The notes under the pieces were generated by a model. It had not been told where the DNA came from. It did not search any database and worked only from the letters and a program-made list of their open reading frames with translations. 64,000 bases of DNA from an uncultured delta proteobacterium (GTDB taxonomy: Bacteria > Myxococcota_A > Polyangia > Haliangiales > Haliangiaceae). This document shows, in pieces, positions 10,051 to 20,569 of the stretch. Position 1 is the stretch's first letter. Every line of letters starts with the position of its first letter. Both the position numbers and the translations under genes were made by a program. The stretch is taken from assembly GCA_963848295.1 (NCBI GenBank), contig CAWKDB010000004.1:224001-288000 (forward strand), given 5' to 3'.

Positions 10051-11787
10051 CTAGAAGTCGCTGCGGGAGTCGCTGCAGTTGTCCAACCGACCTTCGGCCG
10101 GCGCGCCGGCCATCTGATCGAAGCCCTCGCATCGATCGCCGTTGACCCCGCTGTATGCGAACGGGTCGCACGGGAAGACGCAGTCGAGCTCGCCGGTGGC
10201 TGCCGTCTTCGAGGCGGTGAATCCCGAGCACGGCTCGCCGGTCTTGCCCGGGAGGTATCGCTCCTCCACCGGTCGAATCGGGCAAACGCGGTCCTTCGGC
10301 GGCACGGCACACAGCAGCTGGTCGCCGAGGCATCGACACACCTGTGCTATGCGGGTCTTGCACATCGACTGGCTCCCGTGTCGGTAGACGTCGGTCGGCA
10401 CACAGATGCAGTATTTCTTTTCGGCCCGGTGAGGCTTCGCGACCGGTCTCACCGCCCCGGCATCGGTCACGCCAGCGGGTCGCGCGACGACCGGATCGCG
10501 ATCGTTGGCGGGGGGCGATGCGTCGCTCGACGATCGAACAGCGACCGCCGCGTCGACGACCGTGGGCGCCGACCGAGCGTTAGTCGCGGCCGCGTCGACG
10601 ACCGTGACCATCGACCGAGGGTCAGTCGCCGCCGCGTCGACGATCGGCACCGCGCTCGACCGCATCGCCCGCATCGCGACGAACCCGCCGATGACGCCGG
10701 CCGCGATCACGACGGGTGCGATCCAGAGCCATCGTCGGCGCGCTCGGCCGACCCGGGCCGTCGAATCGATCGCGGGCGGCCCGGGTCTGCGCTCGGATCG
10801 CGTCGGCGCGGCATCGCGCGACTGCGGCGGCGGCGCTCCGCCATGATCGCCGTCGAGCGCATCGGCGAACTCGAGCGCATCACGAAACCGAGCATCCGGA
10901 GACTTCGCGAGCGCGCGCTCCACCGCGGCGACGAGCCGAGGCGGCAACCCGGGGCGCACCACGTCGAGCGAAGGCGGGGCCTGGTTGAGATGCAGCTCGG
11001 CGACCGAGCGGGTCGAGCCGGCGAACGGCGCGTCGCCGACGAGCATCGCGAACAGCGTGAGGCCAGCGGCGTAGAGATCGGATCGCCGATCGGCCGCGCC
11101 ACCGACGAGCTGCTCGGGCGCCATGAACTGCGGCGTCCCGACAATCGCGCCCGTCCCGGTGAGCGTCTCCGCGACGTGCAGGGACTTCGAGATCCCGAAG
11201 TCCATGATCTTGACGTAGTCGCGATCGCCGCCGCGCGTCGTGAGCAAGACGTTGCTCGGCTTGATATCGCGATGGATGATCCCCGCCTCGTGGATCGCGT
11301 GGAGGCCGAGCAGCATCTGGCGGCCGATCGCCGTCGCGCGGGTGGCATCGAGCGGCCCGGCACCGACAAGCTCTTGCCGGAGATCGCGACCGTCGAGGTA
11401 CTCCATCACGATGAAGTCACGCCCCGCGTCGCTGCCGATGTCGAAGATCTGGACGACGTGATCGTGGATCACGCGGCTCGCCGCGCGCGCCTCGAGCCGG
11501 AACCGCGCCGAGGCGTCGCGATCGCCATTGCCGTACGACAGGAACTTGATCGCGACCCGCTTGTCGAGCCCGACGTGATCGGCTTCGTACACCGCGCCCA
11601 TACCGCCGCGACCGAGCAACCTACGCACGAAGTACCGCCCGTCGAGCGTCTGGCCGAGCAGCGGATCGTGATCGCCCGTGGTGTCTTCCACGATCGCGCC
11701 GCCGTCGACAGAGCAGAACCTCTCCGCGCCGGTGTACACCGCGTGGCACACCACGCAGCGCCGTCTCGCGGGCTCGGCCGAGGCCAT
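10051..11787 (-). CDS. Ser/Thr protein kinase with TM helix and Cys-rich extracellular domain
   Basis: N-terminal CxxC..C motif, LGRGGMG, HRDIKPSN, DFG, GTPQFMAPE. Confidence 0.92.
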   Translation of the reverse strand: MASAEPARRRCVVCHAVYTGAERFCSVDGGAIVEDTTGDHDPLLGQTLDGRYFVRRLLGRGGMGAVYEADHVGLDKRVAIKFLSYGNGDRDASARFRLEARAASRVIHDHVVQIFDIGSDAGRDFIVMEYLDGRDLRQELVGAGPLDATRATAIGRQMLLGLHAIHEAGIIHRDIKPSNVLLTTRGGDRDYVKIMDFGISKSLHVAETLTGTGAIVGTPQFMAPEQLVGGAADRRSDLYAAGLTLFAMLVGDAPFAGSTRSVAELHLNQAPPSLDVVRPGLPPRLVAAVERALAKSPDARFRDALEFADALDGDHGGAPPPQSRDAAPTRSERRPGPPAIDSTARVGRARRRWLWIAPVVIAAGVIGGFVAMRAMRSSAVPIVDAAATDPRSMVTVVDAAATNARSAPTVVDAAVAVRSSSDASPPANDRDPVVARPAGVTDAGAVRPVAKPHRAEKKYCICVPTDVYRHGSQSMCKTRIAQVCRCLGDQLLCAVPPKDRVCPIRPVEERYLPGKTGEPCSGFTASKTAATGELDCVFPCDPFAYSGVNGDRCEGFDQMAGAPAEGRLDNCSDSRSDF

Positions 11788-11863
11788 CCGGCGATGTTAC
11801 TGCGACCTGCGACGCGATGCGCGGATTCTGCGACCGTGTCAGACCTGTGAGCGAAGCTGCGGC

Positions 11864-12343
11864 ATGACCGTAACCGTCGAATCAGTGGACGAGACCTCCG
11901 ATCCGCGACGCTGGAAGAAAGCCGGCTGGATCGCGAAGATCGTCAAGAACGAGAACGACGAAGGCTGGGCGGCCGAGATGACGCGGGTCGGTGACTCCGA
12001 GCCCTCGCTGGTCAGCCCGTGGACGATGGGTCGCAACAAGGTGAATCCAAAGCCGCTCGATGCGTCCGGGTTTGCGACGCTCGTCAAGGGCGCGACCGAA
12101 GTGATGACGCGCCACGCGCACGCCGCGCGGGCTCGGCTGCATCGCTCGATCAACTGCCTGAGCGAGGCCGGCGCCCGCCTCCGCGCCGACTTCGACATCC
12201 AAGAAGACGAAGACGATCCGCATGCGATCCTGACCATCGTCGACGAGCTGAGCGGCGAGACGCTGCGCACCGGGCGAGCGAGTACCGGGTTCAAGCTTGG
12301 CGAAAAAGCGGTGCAGCGGTTCTTGAAGACCGGCGACGCGTAG
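11864..12343 (+). CDS. Conserved hypothetical protein
   Basis: Coding-like composition; motif PWTMGRNKVNPKPLD. Confidence 0.7.
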   Translation: MTVTVESVDETSDPRRWKKAGWIAKIVKNENDEGWAAEMTRVGDSEPSLVSPWTMGRNKVNPKPLDASGFATLVKGATEVMTRHAHAARARLHRSINCLSEAGARLRADFDIQEDEDDPHAILTIVDELSGETLRTGRASTGFKLGEKAVQRFLKTGDA

Positions 12344-12399
12344 ATCGATGTCCGAATGTATTGGCACGTGACCGGCCAAATGTTCGTTACGACCCCAGC

Positions 12400-12994
12400 A
12401 TGGCATTGCAATCGGGGTGGCTGGCTGGCGTCGCGCTGTGTGCGGCGTGTGGATCGTCTGGCGGTGGCGGCGGACCGGGGACCGTCGATGCACCGAACCG
12501 CGCGGCGAACGCCGACGCGAACGGCCGCGGAGGTGATAGCGGTAGCGGCAATGCCGGCGGCGACGCGAGCATGCAGGTCATGTCCACGCTGACGTCGCCG
12601 TGTGCGACGTTGCAGGGCCGCGCGATCGTCAACTACAACGACAACCTCGGGATCATGTTCACCGAGCATGACTCGCCCTACACGTTCTTGGGCTCGGTCC
12701 AGTTCCAGCTTCCGGACGGCTTCACCGGCGTCCGTGCCCGATCCCGAGATCTATAACGGCACAGACGATCGCCACATCGCCGCGATGACCGACGCCGGCT
12801 TCGATCTGCACGGCAACCACTGCTGGGCCGGCGAGCAACCGCCGGCGGGCTCGCTGGTCATCGACGAGTATGATCCCAGCGACGGCGTCGTGAAGGCGAC
12901 GTTCAGCAACTACGCGCTGCACAGCTGTACCGATAGCTCGGTCTGCACCGTGAGCGGTTCGATCGAGACGACCGGCCAAGGCGTGTTCGAGTAG
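12400..12994 (+). CDS. Hypothetical lipoprotein (frameshift near 12730)
   Basis: MALQSGWLAGVALCAAC lipobox, Gly-rich linker; continues as SVPDPEIY...QGVFE* in another frame. Confidence 0.7.
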
Positions 12995-13001
12995 GAGCCC
13001 G

Positions 13002-13656
13002 TTAGCCGGCGAGGATGCCCGCGTCCGTCCAACGCAGCACCATGTCGGCGGCGCGATTGAAGGCGTCGTCGCCGGTGAAGTAGCCCGCGAGCTCCGCGAC
13101 CGACGTGCCGCGCTTGACCGCGCGCAACGCCGCGCCTTCGGTCAGGCCCGCGGCGTACGCGTAGACCGCCGGTTGATCATCGCGCCACATCAGGACGGTG
13201 CGTGGCCAATCGAGCACGCGCGGCTGAATCGGCGGCTCACCGCGGCCGAGTGCGGTCCACGCATCATCGACCGTGGTCGTGAGCTGGAGCAGCGCGCTCG
13301 CGGGCACGAGTCGGAGCGGGCGATCGGCGGTGAGCTCGGCACGCAAGAGGCGCGCGGCCGCCGGCGCGTACCAGACCTCGGCGTGTGCTCGATCGAGCCG
13401 CGCGAGCTCGCCGTACCAGGCCGGATAGTCCGAACCCGCGACCAGAAACTCGACGAGCTGGCCGCCGCGTTCGCGCGAGGTCCGAGACTTCGTTCGGCCC
13501 GCGCGCGATGTACGTCCCCATCAGCGCTTCGAACAGGTCGGCTCCGAGCGCTAGCGCGAGCTTCGGATAGTGGACGCCCACCGCGACCGCGAGCCAGTCG
13601 CGACCATCGTGCGGGGCACGGCTACCGCGCGCGAGCGGTCGACTCGAGGCCATCAT
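13002..13656 (-). CDS. DUF2063/HvfC-like protein (frameshift near 13470)
   Basis: HYPKLALALGADLFEALMGTYI and YGELARLDRA resemble the DUF2063 N-domain; C-domain LRLVPA...VLMWR. Confidence 0.55.
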
Positions 13657-13692
13657 GTCGCTAGTACGAGCGACCCGGCGATCCGGTTACGG

Positions 13693-15071
13693 CTAGCGGC
13701 GTGCGGTCACGACGATCGGCATGCCGCCCGACGGTGCAAGCGTGATGCCGCGGCGAACGAGGCGAATCCGTTCACCGCCGGCCGAGGCGAGCTCGACGCG
13801 CGCGAGGATCGTCGCGAGCACGATCTTCATCTCGTAGCTCGCGAACGCCATCCCGAGGCAGCGCCGGACCCCGCCACCGAACGGGAAGTACGTCGCCGGG
13901 TCCGCTTTCTTGCCGACGAACCGCCCCGGATCGAACCGCCCGGGCTCGGGCCACAGGTCGGCGCGCCGGTGCACGAGATAGATCGAGGCCAGCGCGATCG
14001 CTCCGCCGGGGAGCTCGATGCCGCCGATCGTCGCGGGGCGCTTGAGCACGCGGCCGACCATCGGGATGATCGGGGTGAGCCGCAGCGTCTCCTTGATCGC
14101 GGCGTCGAGCAGGACGAGCCGCTCGATGTGCTCGGGTTGCACCGGGCCCGGTCCCGACGACCTCGCGGACCTCGGCGCGCACGCGGTCGAGCCACTCGCG
14201 GTGCTCGAGCAAGTGATGGATCGTCCACGCGAGCGTCGTCGCGGTCGTCTCGTGACCGGCGAGCAGCAGCGTCAGCATCTCGTCGCGCAGCTGATCGTCG
14301 GTCATCGCGGCACCGGCCTCGTCGCGCGCCTCGAGCAGCATCGACAGGATGTCCGTCGCGGCCGGCGCTGCCTTCGCGCCGCCGCGCCGCGATCAGCTCG
14401 CGCACGAGCCGATCGGTCTCGGTCTGGGCGCGGACCAGCGGCGCCCACGGCAAGAATCGTCCGAACCACCCGGTCGCGAGCTCGCGGACGGCGTCGGCGC
14501 GATCGGGCGGGGTCAAGAGCAACAGCGCGGTGCCGAGCGGCGAGGTGCCGAGGTTCGTCCAGCGGACGAGCGCGTCGCGCAGTGGCGCGAGGTGCGGATC
14601 GTCGGCGCCGACGCCGAACACGGTGCGCATGATGACGTCGAGCGTGATCGTCTGAGTCGACGCGTGGAACGGGAACGGCCGGCCGATCGGCCAGCGGTCG
14701 ATCTCGCGCGAGGTCGCGTCGCGCATCGCTTCGCCGTATGCGCGCATGCGGTCGCCATGAAACGGCGGCAGCATCAGCCGTCGCTCGCGCAAGTGACGGT
14801 CGCCATCGAGCACGAGCAGCGAGTGTTTGCCGACGACCGAGCGCAGGATCAGATTTGCTTCGCCGGCGTGCAGCGTGTCGGGATCGCCGGTCCACAGGTC
14901 GCGGACCGCGACCGGCTCGGCGAACACTACGATCGGGGTCGCGATTCGCGGCAGCCGCAGCGTGAACACGTTGCCGTAGCGCGCCGCCATGTCGTCGAGA
15001 AACGGCAGCGGCGTGCGCAGCCAGCGCACCATGTTGACGATCGGTCTCGACGCTGGGCCTGCCGGTAACAT
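13693..15071 (-). CDS. Cytochrome P450 (frameshifts near 14352 and 14145)
   Basis: I-helix LLAGHETT, KETLR (ExxR), FDPGRF, heme motif FGGGVRRCLG, spread over three frames. Confidence 0.9.
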
Positions 15072-15089
15072 GGTTCGAGCTTAGGCGAT

Positions 15090-17132
15090 CTACAGCGCGA
15101 TCGGGATCGGGACGGTCGACGTCGCGCGGCCGACGCCGTCGGTGAACAGATCCGTGTTCGCGAAGCACACCACCGTGCCGGCGCCGGTCAACGCGCACGT
15201 CGGCGTCGCCGCGGTGAATGCGCGCGCGTTATCGTAGGCGTGCGGGATCGTCGGCGGCTCCATCCGATCGGCGCTCGTGCAGGTCGTGCCGGTCGCGCCG
15301 CGCGCGCACACCATGAAGGCGCTCGTGAACAGCGAGTGCGTCACCTTGGCGAGCTCGGTCGTGGTCGCGACCGGCTTGCCGTCCTTGGTCTCGAGCGCGA
15401 TCTCGACAGCTCGACCATCGCCGAGGCGGGCGACCAGCTTCGCGCTCGCGTCGGTCTCTGCGAACTGCGGACCGCTGCCTGCGATCTCGACCGCGTCGGT
15501 CACGACTACCACTTGCGCGCTCTTGGTCTTCGAGTCTTCGGTCCAGCACCGCACCGGGCCCGCGACGTGATCGAGGACGCACACCCACGAACCTGCGATC
15601 ACGACGGACGCCGCGTGCTCGGCGGTCTTGATCGGCGTCGGCGTCTTCGCCGCGGACGGACCGAGCAATGGATCGCCGACGTGGAGCAGCGTGCCGTCAG
15701 CGGTGCGCGCGAGCAGGCCGAAGTCGGTGGCGGCGAGCTCGCGGATGTCGTGCAGGCCGGGAAGATCGGTCGGTTTGTCGGGGCCGAGCGTCGGCACCGA
15801 GTCGTGCCCCCAGCACGCGACCGTGCCGGCCCGGCGCAGCACGCACGCGTGAAAATGGCCCGCCACGATGCGGGTCGCGTCGGTGACGTCGCTGAACGTG
15901 ATCGGGACCGCGGTCTGAATCGCGAGGCTGCTGCCCGCGTCGCCGTGCCCCCAGTACGCGAGCTGGCCGTTCGCGCGCAGCGCGACGACGCCGTAGGTCC
16001 ACGCGACAAGATCGATCGCGTCGTCGAGGCCCCACGCCGGCGTCGTGTTGACGCCCTCGGCGACGCCGCGGCCGAGTTGGCCGCGCTCGTCGTTACCCCA
16101 GCACGCGACCGCGCCGCCGCGGTACAGCGCACACGCGTGGTTCATGCCGTGGCTGATCTGCGTCACGCCGTCGAGCGCGACGGTGAGCGCTGGGTCGGGT
16201 GGAAACGCGCACGTGACCGAGGTTGCGGTCTGCGAACAGGTCGGAGTGACCGGGTCGGCTGGCGTGACCTTGAAATCGGCGTCGATCGCGAAGCACCTCG
16301 AGATTCGATCGATCCCGCGGGCACAAAACGAGTCCGCGTCGGCCGATACGACCTCGGCGATGTGCTCGAACACGACGTGCGGAGCGCCGAGCCAGAGCTT
16401 CGGCTTCGTGCCGACCGGCGCGAGGTATCGATCGACGGGCGTGCGCGGGTCGGTCGGGCTCTGTTCGGCTTGGAGATAGACGTCGATGCACTCGAGCTTG
16501 TCGGCGACGATCGAGCACGCGTAGGAGACATCCGGGAACTGCCAGTCGGCGCCCACCAGGCTGCCCATGATGAGCGAGGTCGCGTGATGAATGCGTGTGC
16601 GCGTCACCGAGGGCCCGTTGACTCGACACGCGACGTCACCGGACTTGTCCAGCACGCACAGCGCCTCACCTGAGGCCGCGAGATCGATCCCCGCGGTTAC
16701 GCCGGCGATCGGGTGCGGCTCGAGTGTAGCGACGCCGGCCTCGAGCTTCGGCTTCGACTCCGCGCACTCGACCCGGCCGTCGCGATGAAGTGCACACAGG
16801 TCGTCGTCGGTCATCGCGAGCTTTGCGATATCGGTCCACCCTGCGATCCGGTGCGGACTCCCGAAGTCGCTGCCCCAGCACGTCACCGCTCCACTCTTGA
16901 GGACCGCGCACGTCGCCGCGTTCGAGCTGATCAGCGACAGCGCCGGGTCGCTCGGCCGTGGCAGCGGCTTCGGGCCCGGCAGCGGTTCGAGCGCAACGCC
17001 CGGCTTCGCGAGCGGCGCGATGACGGATTTGGGCGTTGGCGCCGCGCCGGTCGGGTCGGACCTTGGTGCGGTGCCGCCGCCACCGCAGGTCGCGAGTAAG
17101 GCCAGCGTCGCAACGAGCCCGAAGCGGGGCAT
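15090..17132 (-). CDS. RCC1-like repeat lipoprotein
   Basis: Signal ending LATC; repeats HACAL..G.V.CWG.D..GQLG. Confidence 0.8.
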   Translation of the reverse strand: MPRFGLVATLALLATCGGGGTAPRSDPTGAAPTPKSVIAPLAKPGVALEPLPGPKPLPRPSDPALSLISSNAATCAVLKSGAVTCWGSDFGSPHRIAGWTDIAKLAMTDDDLCALHRDGRVECAESKPKLEAGVATLEPHPIAGVTAGIDLAASGEALCVLDKSGDVACRVNGPSVTRTRIHHATSLIMGSLVGADWQFPDVSYACSIVADKLECIDVYLQAEQSPTDPRTPVDRYLAPVGTKPKLWLGAPHVVFEHIAEVVSADADSFCARGIDRISRCFAIDADFKVTPADPVTPTCSQTATSVTCAFPPDPALTVALDGVTQISHGMNHACALYRGGAVACWGNDERGQLGRGVAEGVNTTPAWGLDDAIDLVAWTYGVVALRANGQLAYWGHGDAGSSLAIQTAVPITFSDVTDATRIVAGHFHACVLRRAGTVACWGHDSVPTLGPDKPTDLPGLHDIRELAATDFGLLARTADGTLLHVGDPLLGPSAAKTPTPIKTAEHAASVVIAGSWVCVLDHVAGPVRCWTEDSKTKSAQVVVVTDAVEIAGSGPQFAETDASAKLVARLGDGRAVEIALETKDGKPVATTTELAKVTHSLFTSAFMVCARGATGTTCTSADRMEPPTIPHAYDNARAFTAATPTCALTGAGTVVCFANTDLFTDGVGRATSTVPIPIAL

Positions 17133-17144
17133 CGAGCGCAGGCC

Positions 17145-17247
17145 GCAAGTTGACAAAAGAGACAGCGTCCCCAGAGAATACATTCAGTTTCGAGACCTTA
17201 CCGAGGCGGCTGCGCTAGCAAGTTGACAATAGAGACACCGTCCCCAG
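17145..17247. repeat. Two imperfect 30-bp direct repeats separated by 43 bp
   Basis: gcaagttgacaaaagagacagcgtccccag (17145-17174) and gcaagttgacaatagagacaccgtccccag (17218-17247), 28/30 identical. Confidence 0.85.
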
Positions 17248-18670
17248 CGTCATAGAGCTTGATGTAGCGCGAGGCGTAGAGGGTTGGCAGGTGGAGCTCG
17301 CGCGGCGGATCGCGGTGGAGGTTGACGATGACGCGGACGACGGCGTCGGCGGGGCGCACTGACTGCGCGAAGTCGGTCGCGAGCACGACGGTGAGGTTCG
17401 GTGGGATCGCGAAGTCGAAGTAGAAGTTCGTGATCGAGGTGCAGCGCGGCTCGCCACAGACCAAGATGACGCGGCGGTGGAGGTCGAGGACTTCGTGGCG
17501 GAGCTCGGCATACGCGGCCGCTTCGGGGTGACCGCGCCGGAGCTGGGTCATGACGGCGCGCACGTACGGCACGACGAGCAGCGCGACGACCGCGATGGCG
17601 ACGCCGAGCTTCGCGCGCATGGTCGGCCAGCGTTCGAGCGCGTTGTCGGTCGCGATCGCAGCGACCACGAGGATCGGTGGCAGGGCCTGGAGGGCCATGC
17701 GTTGCGAGATCGGCAACGGCGCGTACGCGGTGAGGCTGCTCGAGCCGAACCAGAACAGGCCGATCGTCGAGGCGGCGGCAACGACCCACAGTCGATCGCG
17801 ACCGCGCACGAGCCACGGCGACAGCGCGACCGGGATCAACGCGATCGAGAACATCGTGATGAACATCTGGAGCGGCTCGTAGGTGAGCCGGGCCAGCCAC
17901 GCCGATGCCGGCTTGCCGATCAGCGACCACGTGTGCTCGGTCGTCAGATCGTCGATGCCGTGAAACCGCGCGAGTGGGTCGCCCCAGACGCGGGCGCAGA
18001 TCACGAGGTAGGCCGCGGCAAGCACGACACCGAACGCGAGCGCCGCACCGTAGGTACGGGCGGTCGCTCGGGCGCCGTGGTCGAGGGCGTCGCGCACGAT
18101 CGCGTAGATCCACACGGGCGCGAGCCAGATCGCCGATTCCTTGACGAGGAACGCGGCGAACCACGCGCCGACGGCCGCGACGAGCCAGGACGCGCCGCGT
18201 GGGCGATCGCGCCGCGAGAGCCACAGCAGCGACGCCGCCATCAACGTCGCGCACGGGAGATCACAGCCGAGCACGGTCGCGAGGTGGAGGAGCGGCGTGC
18301 ACACGATGCACAAGGTCAAACCGATCAGCTTCGCGCGCGGCGTCGGTGCGGCGGCATAGACCACGAGCAGCACGCCGAGCCCGGCGAGCAAGACCGGCAG
18401 GTCGCTGACAAACCGCGAGACGCCGAACAGCTTGTAGAACAACGCGAGTGGCAGCGTCAGGCCGACTCGCATCAAGAACGGATGCGTCGCCGGCGCCGCG
18501 AACACGCGGCCCGGGTCGATGGCGATGTCGTGCGCGACCTTCGCGTACCACAGGGGGTCGGCGACCACCATGTCGTTCTGGCCGATGACGAGCACCGCCG
18601 CTTCGACCACGAGTGCGAGCGCGAGCGCGATCCACGGACGCTCGACGAGCACGCGGATGGCAGCGGACAT
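17198..18670 (-). CDS. GT-C fold glycosyltransferase (ArnT/PMT, GT39/83-like)
   Basis: DPLWY after first TM, many TM helices, LVKES motif. Confidence 0.8.
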   Translation of the reverse strand: MSAAIRVLVERPWIALALALVVEAAVLVIGQNDMVVADPLWYAKVAHDIAIDPGRVFAAPATHPFLMRVGLTLPLALFYKLFGVSRFVSDLPVLLAGLGVLLVVYAAAPTPRAKLIGLTLCIVCTPLLHLATVLGCDLPCATLMAASLLWLSRRDRPRGASWLVAAVGAWFAAFLVKESAIWLAPVWIYAIVRDALDHGARATARTYGAALAFGVVLAAAYLVICARVWGDPLARFHGIDDLTTEHTWSLIGKPASAWLARLTYEPLQMFITMFSIALIPVALSPWLVRGRDRLWVVAAASTIGLFWFGSSSLTAYAPLPISQRMALQALPPILVVAAIATDNALERWPTMRAKLGVAIAVVALLVVPYVRAVMTQLRRGHPEAAAYAELRHEVLDLHRRVILVCGEPRCTSITNFYFDFAIPPNLTVVLATDFAQSVRPADAVVRVIVNLHRDPPRELHLPTLYASRYIKLYDAGDGVSIVNLLAQPPR

Positions 18671-18759
18671 CGTGCGCACCCTACGATCTCGCCCACCACC
18701 CGCGCCAGGAACAATCGCAGGACAGTGATGCCGGCCCAGCGGAGCTGGTAGAACGGCGC

Positions 18760-19542
18760 ATGGAGCGCCGCGCGTGGCTCGTGGTTATCGGGGTCGCTGC
18801 GATCGCGAGTCTCGCGATCGCAGCGATCGTCAAGAGCTCTTCGAGCCGCAGCTGTCCGTCGGAGATGGTTCGCGTGCCGGTGGGCTCGGCCACGGCGGCG
18901 GGCTTTTGCATCGACCGCACCGAAGTGACGGTAGCGGCCTACGCGCGGTGCGTCGCGGCGAAGGGCTGCGAGCCAGCGCCGTCGACCGTGAACGCGTCGT
19001 GGAGCCACGGCGACGAAGCGGTCGCGTGGAGCCAGTTCTGCGACGGCGATCGCGACGACCTCCGCGACCACCCGGTGAACTGCGTGGACTGGACCGACGC
19101 CGCGACGTTTTGCGAGTGGGCCGGCAAAAGGTTGCCGACCGAAGCCGAGTGGGAGCATGCCGCGCGCGGAGATGACGGCCGGATGTATCCATGGGGAGAC
19201 GCCGCGCCGAGTGCGGAGCGGTTGAACGCGTGCGGCGACGAGTGCGTTGCGCTGGTCTCTCGCGTCGTCGCCCAGACGTGGACGGGGATGTATGCCGGTG
19301 ACGATGGCGCGGCGTCATCCGCACCGGTGGGAAGCTATCCCGCTGGGGCGAGCCCGTTCGGCGCGCTCGATATGGCGGGAAACGTCTGGGAGTGGGTCGC
19401 GGATCGACACGGCGATGCGCATGTCTACAAGGGCGGCGGCTGGCTCACGACCGATGTCGAGAACGTGCGCGCCGGGAACCGCAAGCTCGATACCGCGGCG
19501 CTGCGGCTCAACACGCTCGGCTTCCGCTGCGCCCGCCGCTGA
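18760..19542 (+). CDS. FGE-sulfatase (SUMF1/EgtB/PvdO-like) domain protein
   Basis: IDRTEVT, HPVNCVDW, RLPTEAEWEHAARG, DMAGNVWEW, GFRCA. Confidence 0.92.
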   Translation: MERRAWLVVIGVAAIASLAIAAIVKSSSSRSCPSEMVRVPVGSATAAGFCIDRTEVTVAAYARCVAAKGCEPAPSTVNASWSHGDEAVAWSQFCDGDRDDLRDHPVNCVDWTDAATFCEWAGKRLPTEAEWEHAARGDDGRMYPWGDAAPSAERLNACGDECVALVSRVVAQTWTGMYAGDDGAASSAPVGSYPAGASPFGALDMAGNVWEWVADRHGDAHVYKGGGWLTTDVENVRAGNRKLDTAALRLNTLGFRCARR

Positions 19543-19588
19543 TGGCACGGACTATTTGATGACCGCCACGATCGGGCGAGCTATCGAC

Positions 19589-19879
19589 ATGGCCATGAAA
19601 AAGCTCCTCGCCTCTACCGGATTTCTCGCCGTCGTCGGCACCGCGACCCTCGCGTACGCGTCGCCGACGCTGCGCTACTACAACGAAGACTCCAAGGACT
19701 ACACCTGGAAGGCGACGTGCTCGGGCAGCGAGTACGAGGTCACGTTCGACCACAGCAAGACGTCATCCGTGACGATCCAAGGGTCCACGCCGTGCACGCT
19801 CCACACGCCGTCGGGCGACGTCAAGATCACCGGCGATGCGAAGGTCCACATCAAGGACGGCAAGCTCACGCTCGAGTAG
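19589..19879 (+). CDS. Small secreted beta-rich protein
   Basis: Signal peptide MKKLLASTGFLAVVGTATLAYA; two Cys. Confidence 0.75.
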   Translation: MAMKKLLASTGFLAVVGTATLAYASPTLRYYNEDSKDYTWKATCSGSEYEVTFDHSKTSSVTIQGSTPCTLHTPSGDVKITGDAKVHIKDGKLTLE

Positions 19880-20035
19880 CGCGCGGCGTGGCCAGACCGC
19901 GCGGTGGGCGTCTGGGAACGCACACTCGCTGCGAAAGCTCCCGGGTTCCCCCTGCTTACAGCTCGTGACCCGCGCGGGGCTGGTCGCCGCGCCGTTCGGT
20001 GTCGCTGAGCATGGCCGTTGCAACGCGAGGGCAGC

Positions 20036-20566
20036 ATGAAACACTTCACCTTCGTCACAGCCCTCGTGCTCGCAGCTTCCACCTTTGCCTACGCGGACAC
20101 GCCGAAGAACGCCAAGCTGAGCGAGTCGGACCGATCCGTCGTCAGCGAGCTCCATCACGCAAATCAGACCGAGGTCGACTTGGGAAAGTACGCGCTCTCG
20201 CACGGCACGAAGACCGTGAAGAGCTACGCCACCATGATGGTGAAGGATCATTCCGCGAACGATACGAAGCTCGTCGCGATGGCGAAGAAGCACGGGATCA
20301 TGACGATTCCTGCGCCGCCGATCAACCAAGACGAGATAGCCAGCATGAGGAAGCTCGAGGACCTGACCGGCACTAACTTCGATCGCGCCTATATCGACGC
20401 GATGGTCCAGGACCACGAGCAGGACATCAAGATGGTGTCCGATGCGATCGCCACGGTCTCCGACGCCGACCTCAAGGCGCACCTCACCGCCACGAAGCCC
20501 GTGCTCGAGCATCACCTCGACAGCGCGAAGGCTCTACAAAGAAACGAGACCCAGGCCCGGCGCTAA
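20036..20566 (+). CDS. DUF4142 family secreted protein
   Basis: Signal peptide; MMVKDH, FDRAYIDAMVQDH, HHLDSAK. Confidence 0.9.
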   Translation: MKHFTFVTALVLAASTFAYADTPKNAKLSESDRSVVSELHHANQTEVDLGKYALSHGTKTVKSYATMMVKDHSANDTKLVAMAKKHGIMTIPAPPINQDEIASMRKLEDLTGTNFDRAYIDAMVQDHEQDIKMVSDAIATVSDADLKAHLTATKPVLEHHLDSAKALQRNETQARR

Positions 20567-20569
20567 CGC

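Noticed and set aside
17145..17247. Mini CRISPR array (30-bp repeat, 43-bp spacer)
   Set aside because: Only two imperfect copies, one inside a CDS; no cas genes or leader in the window.
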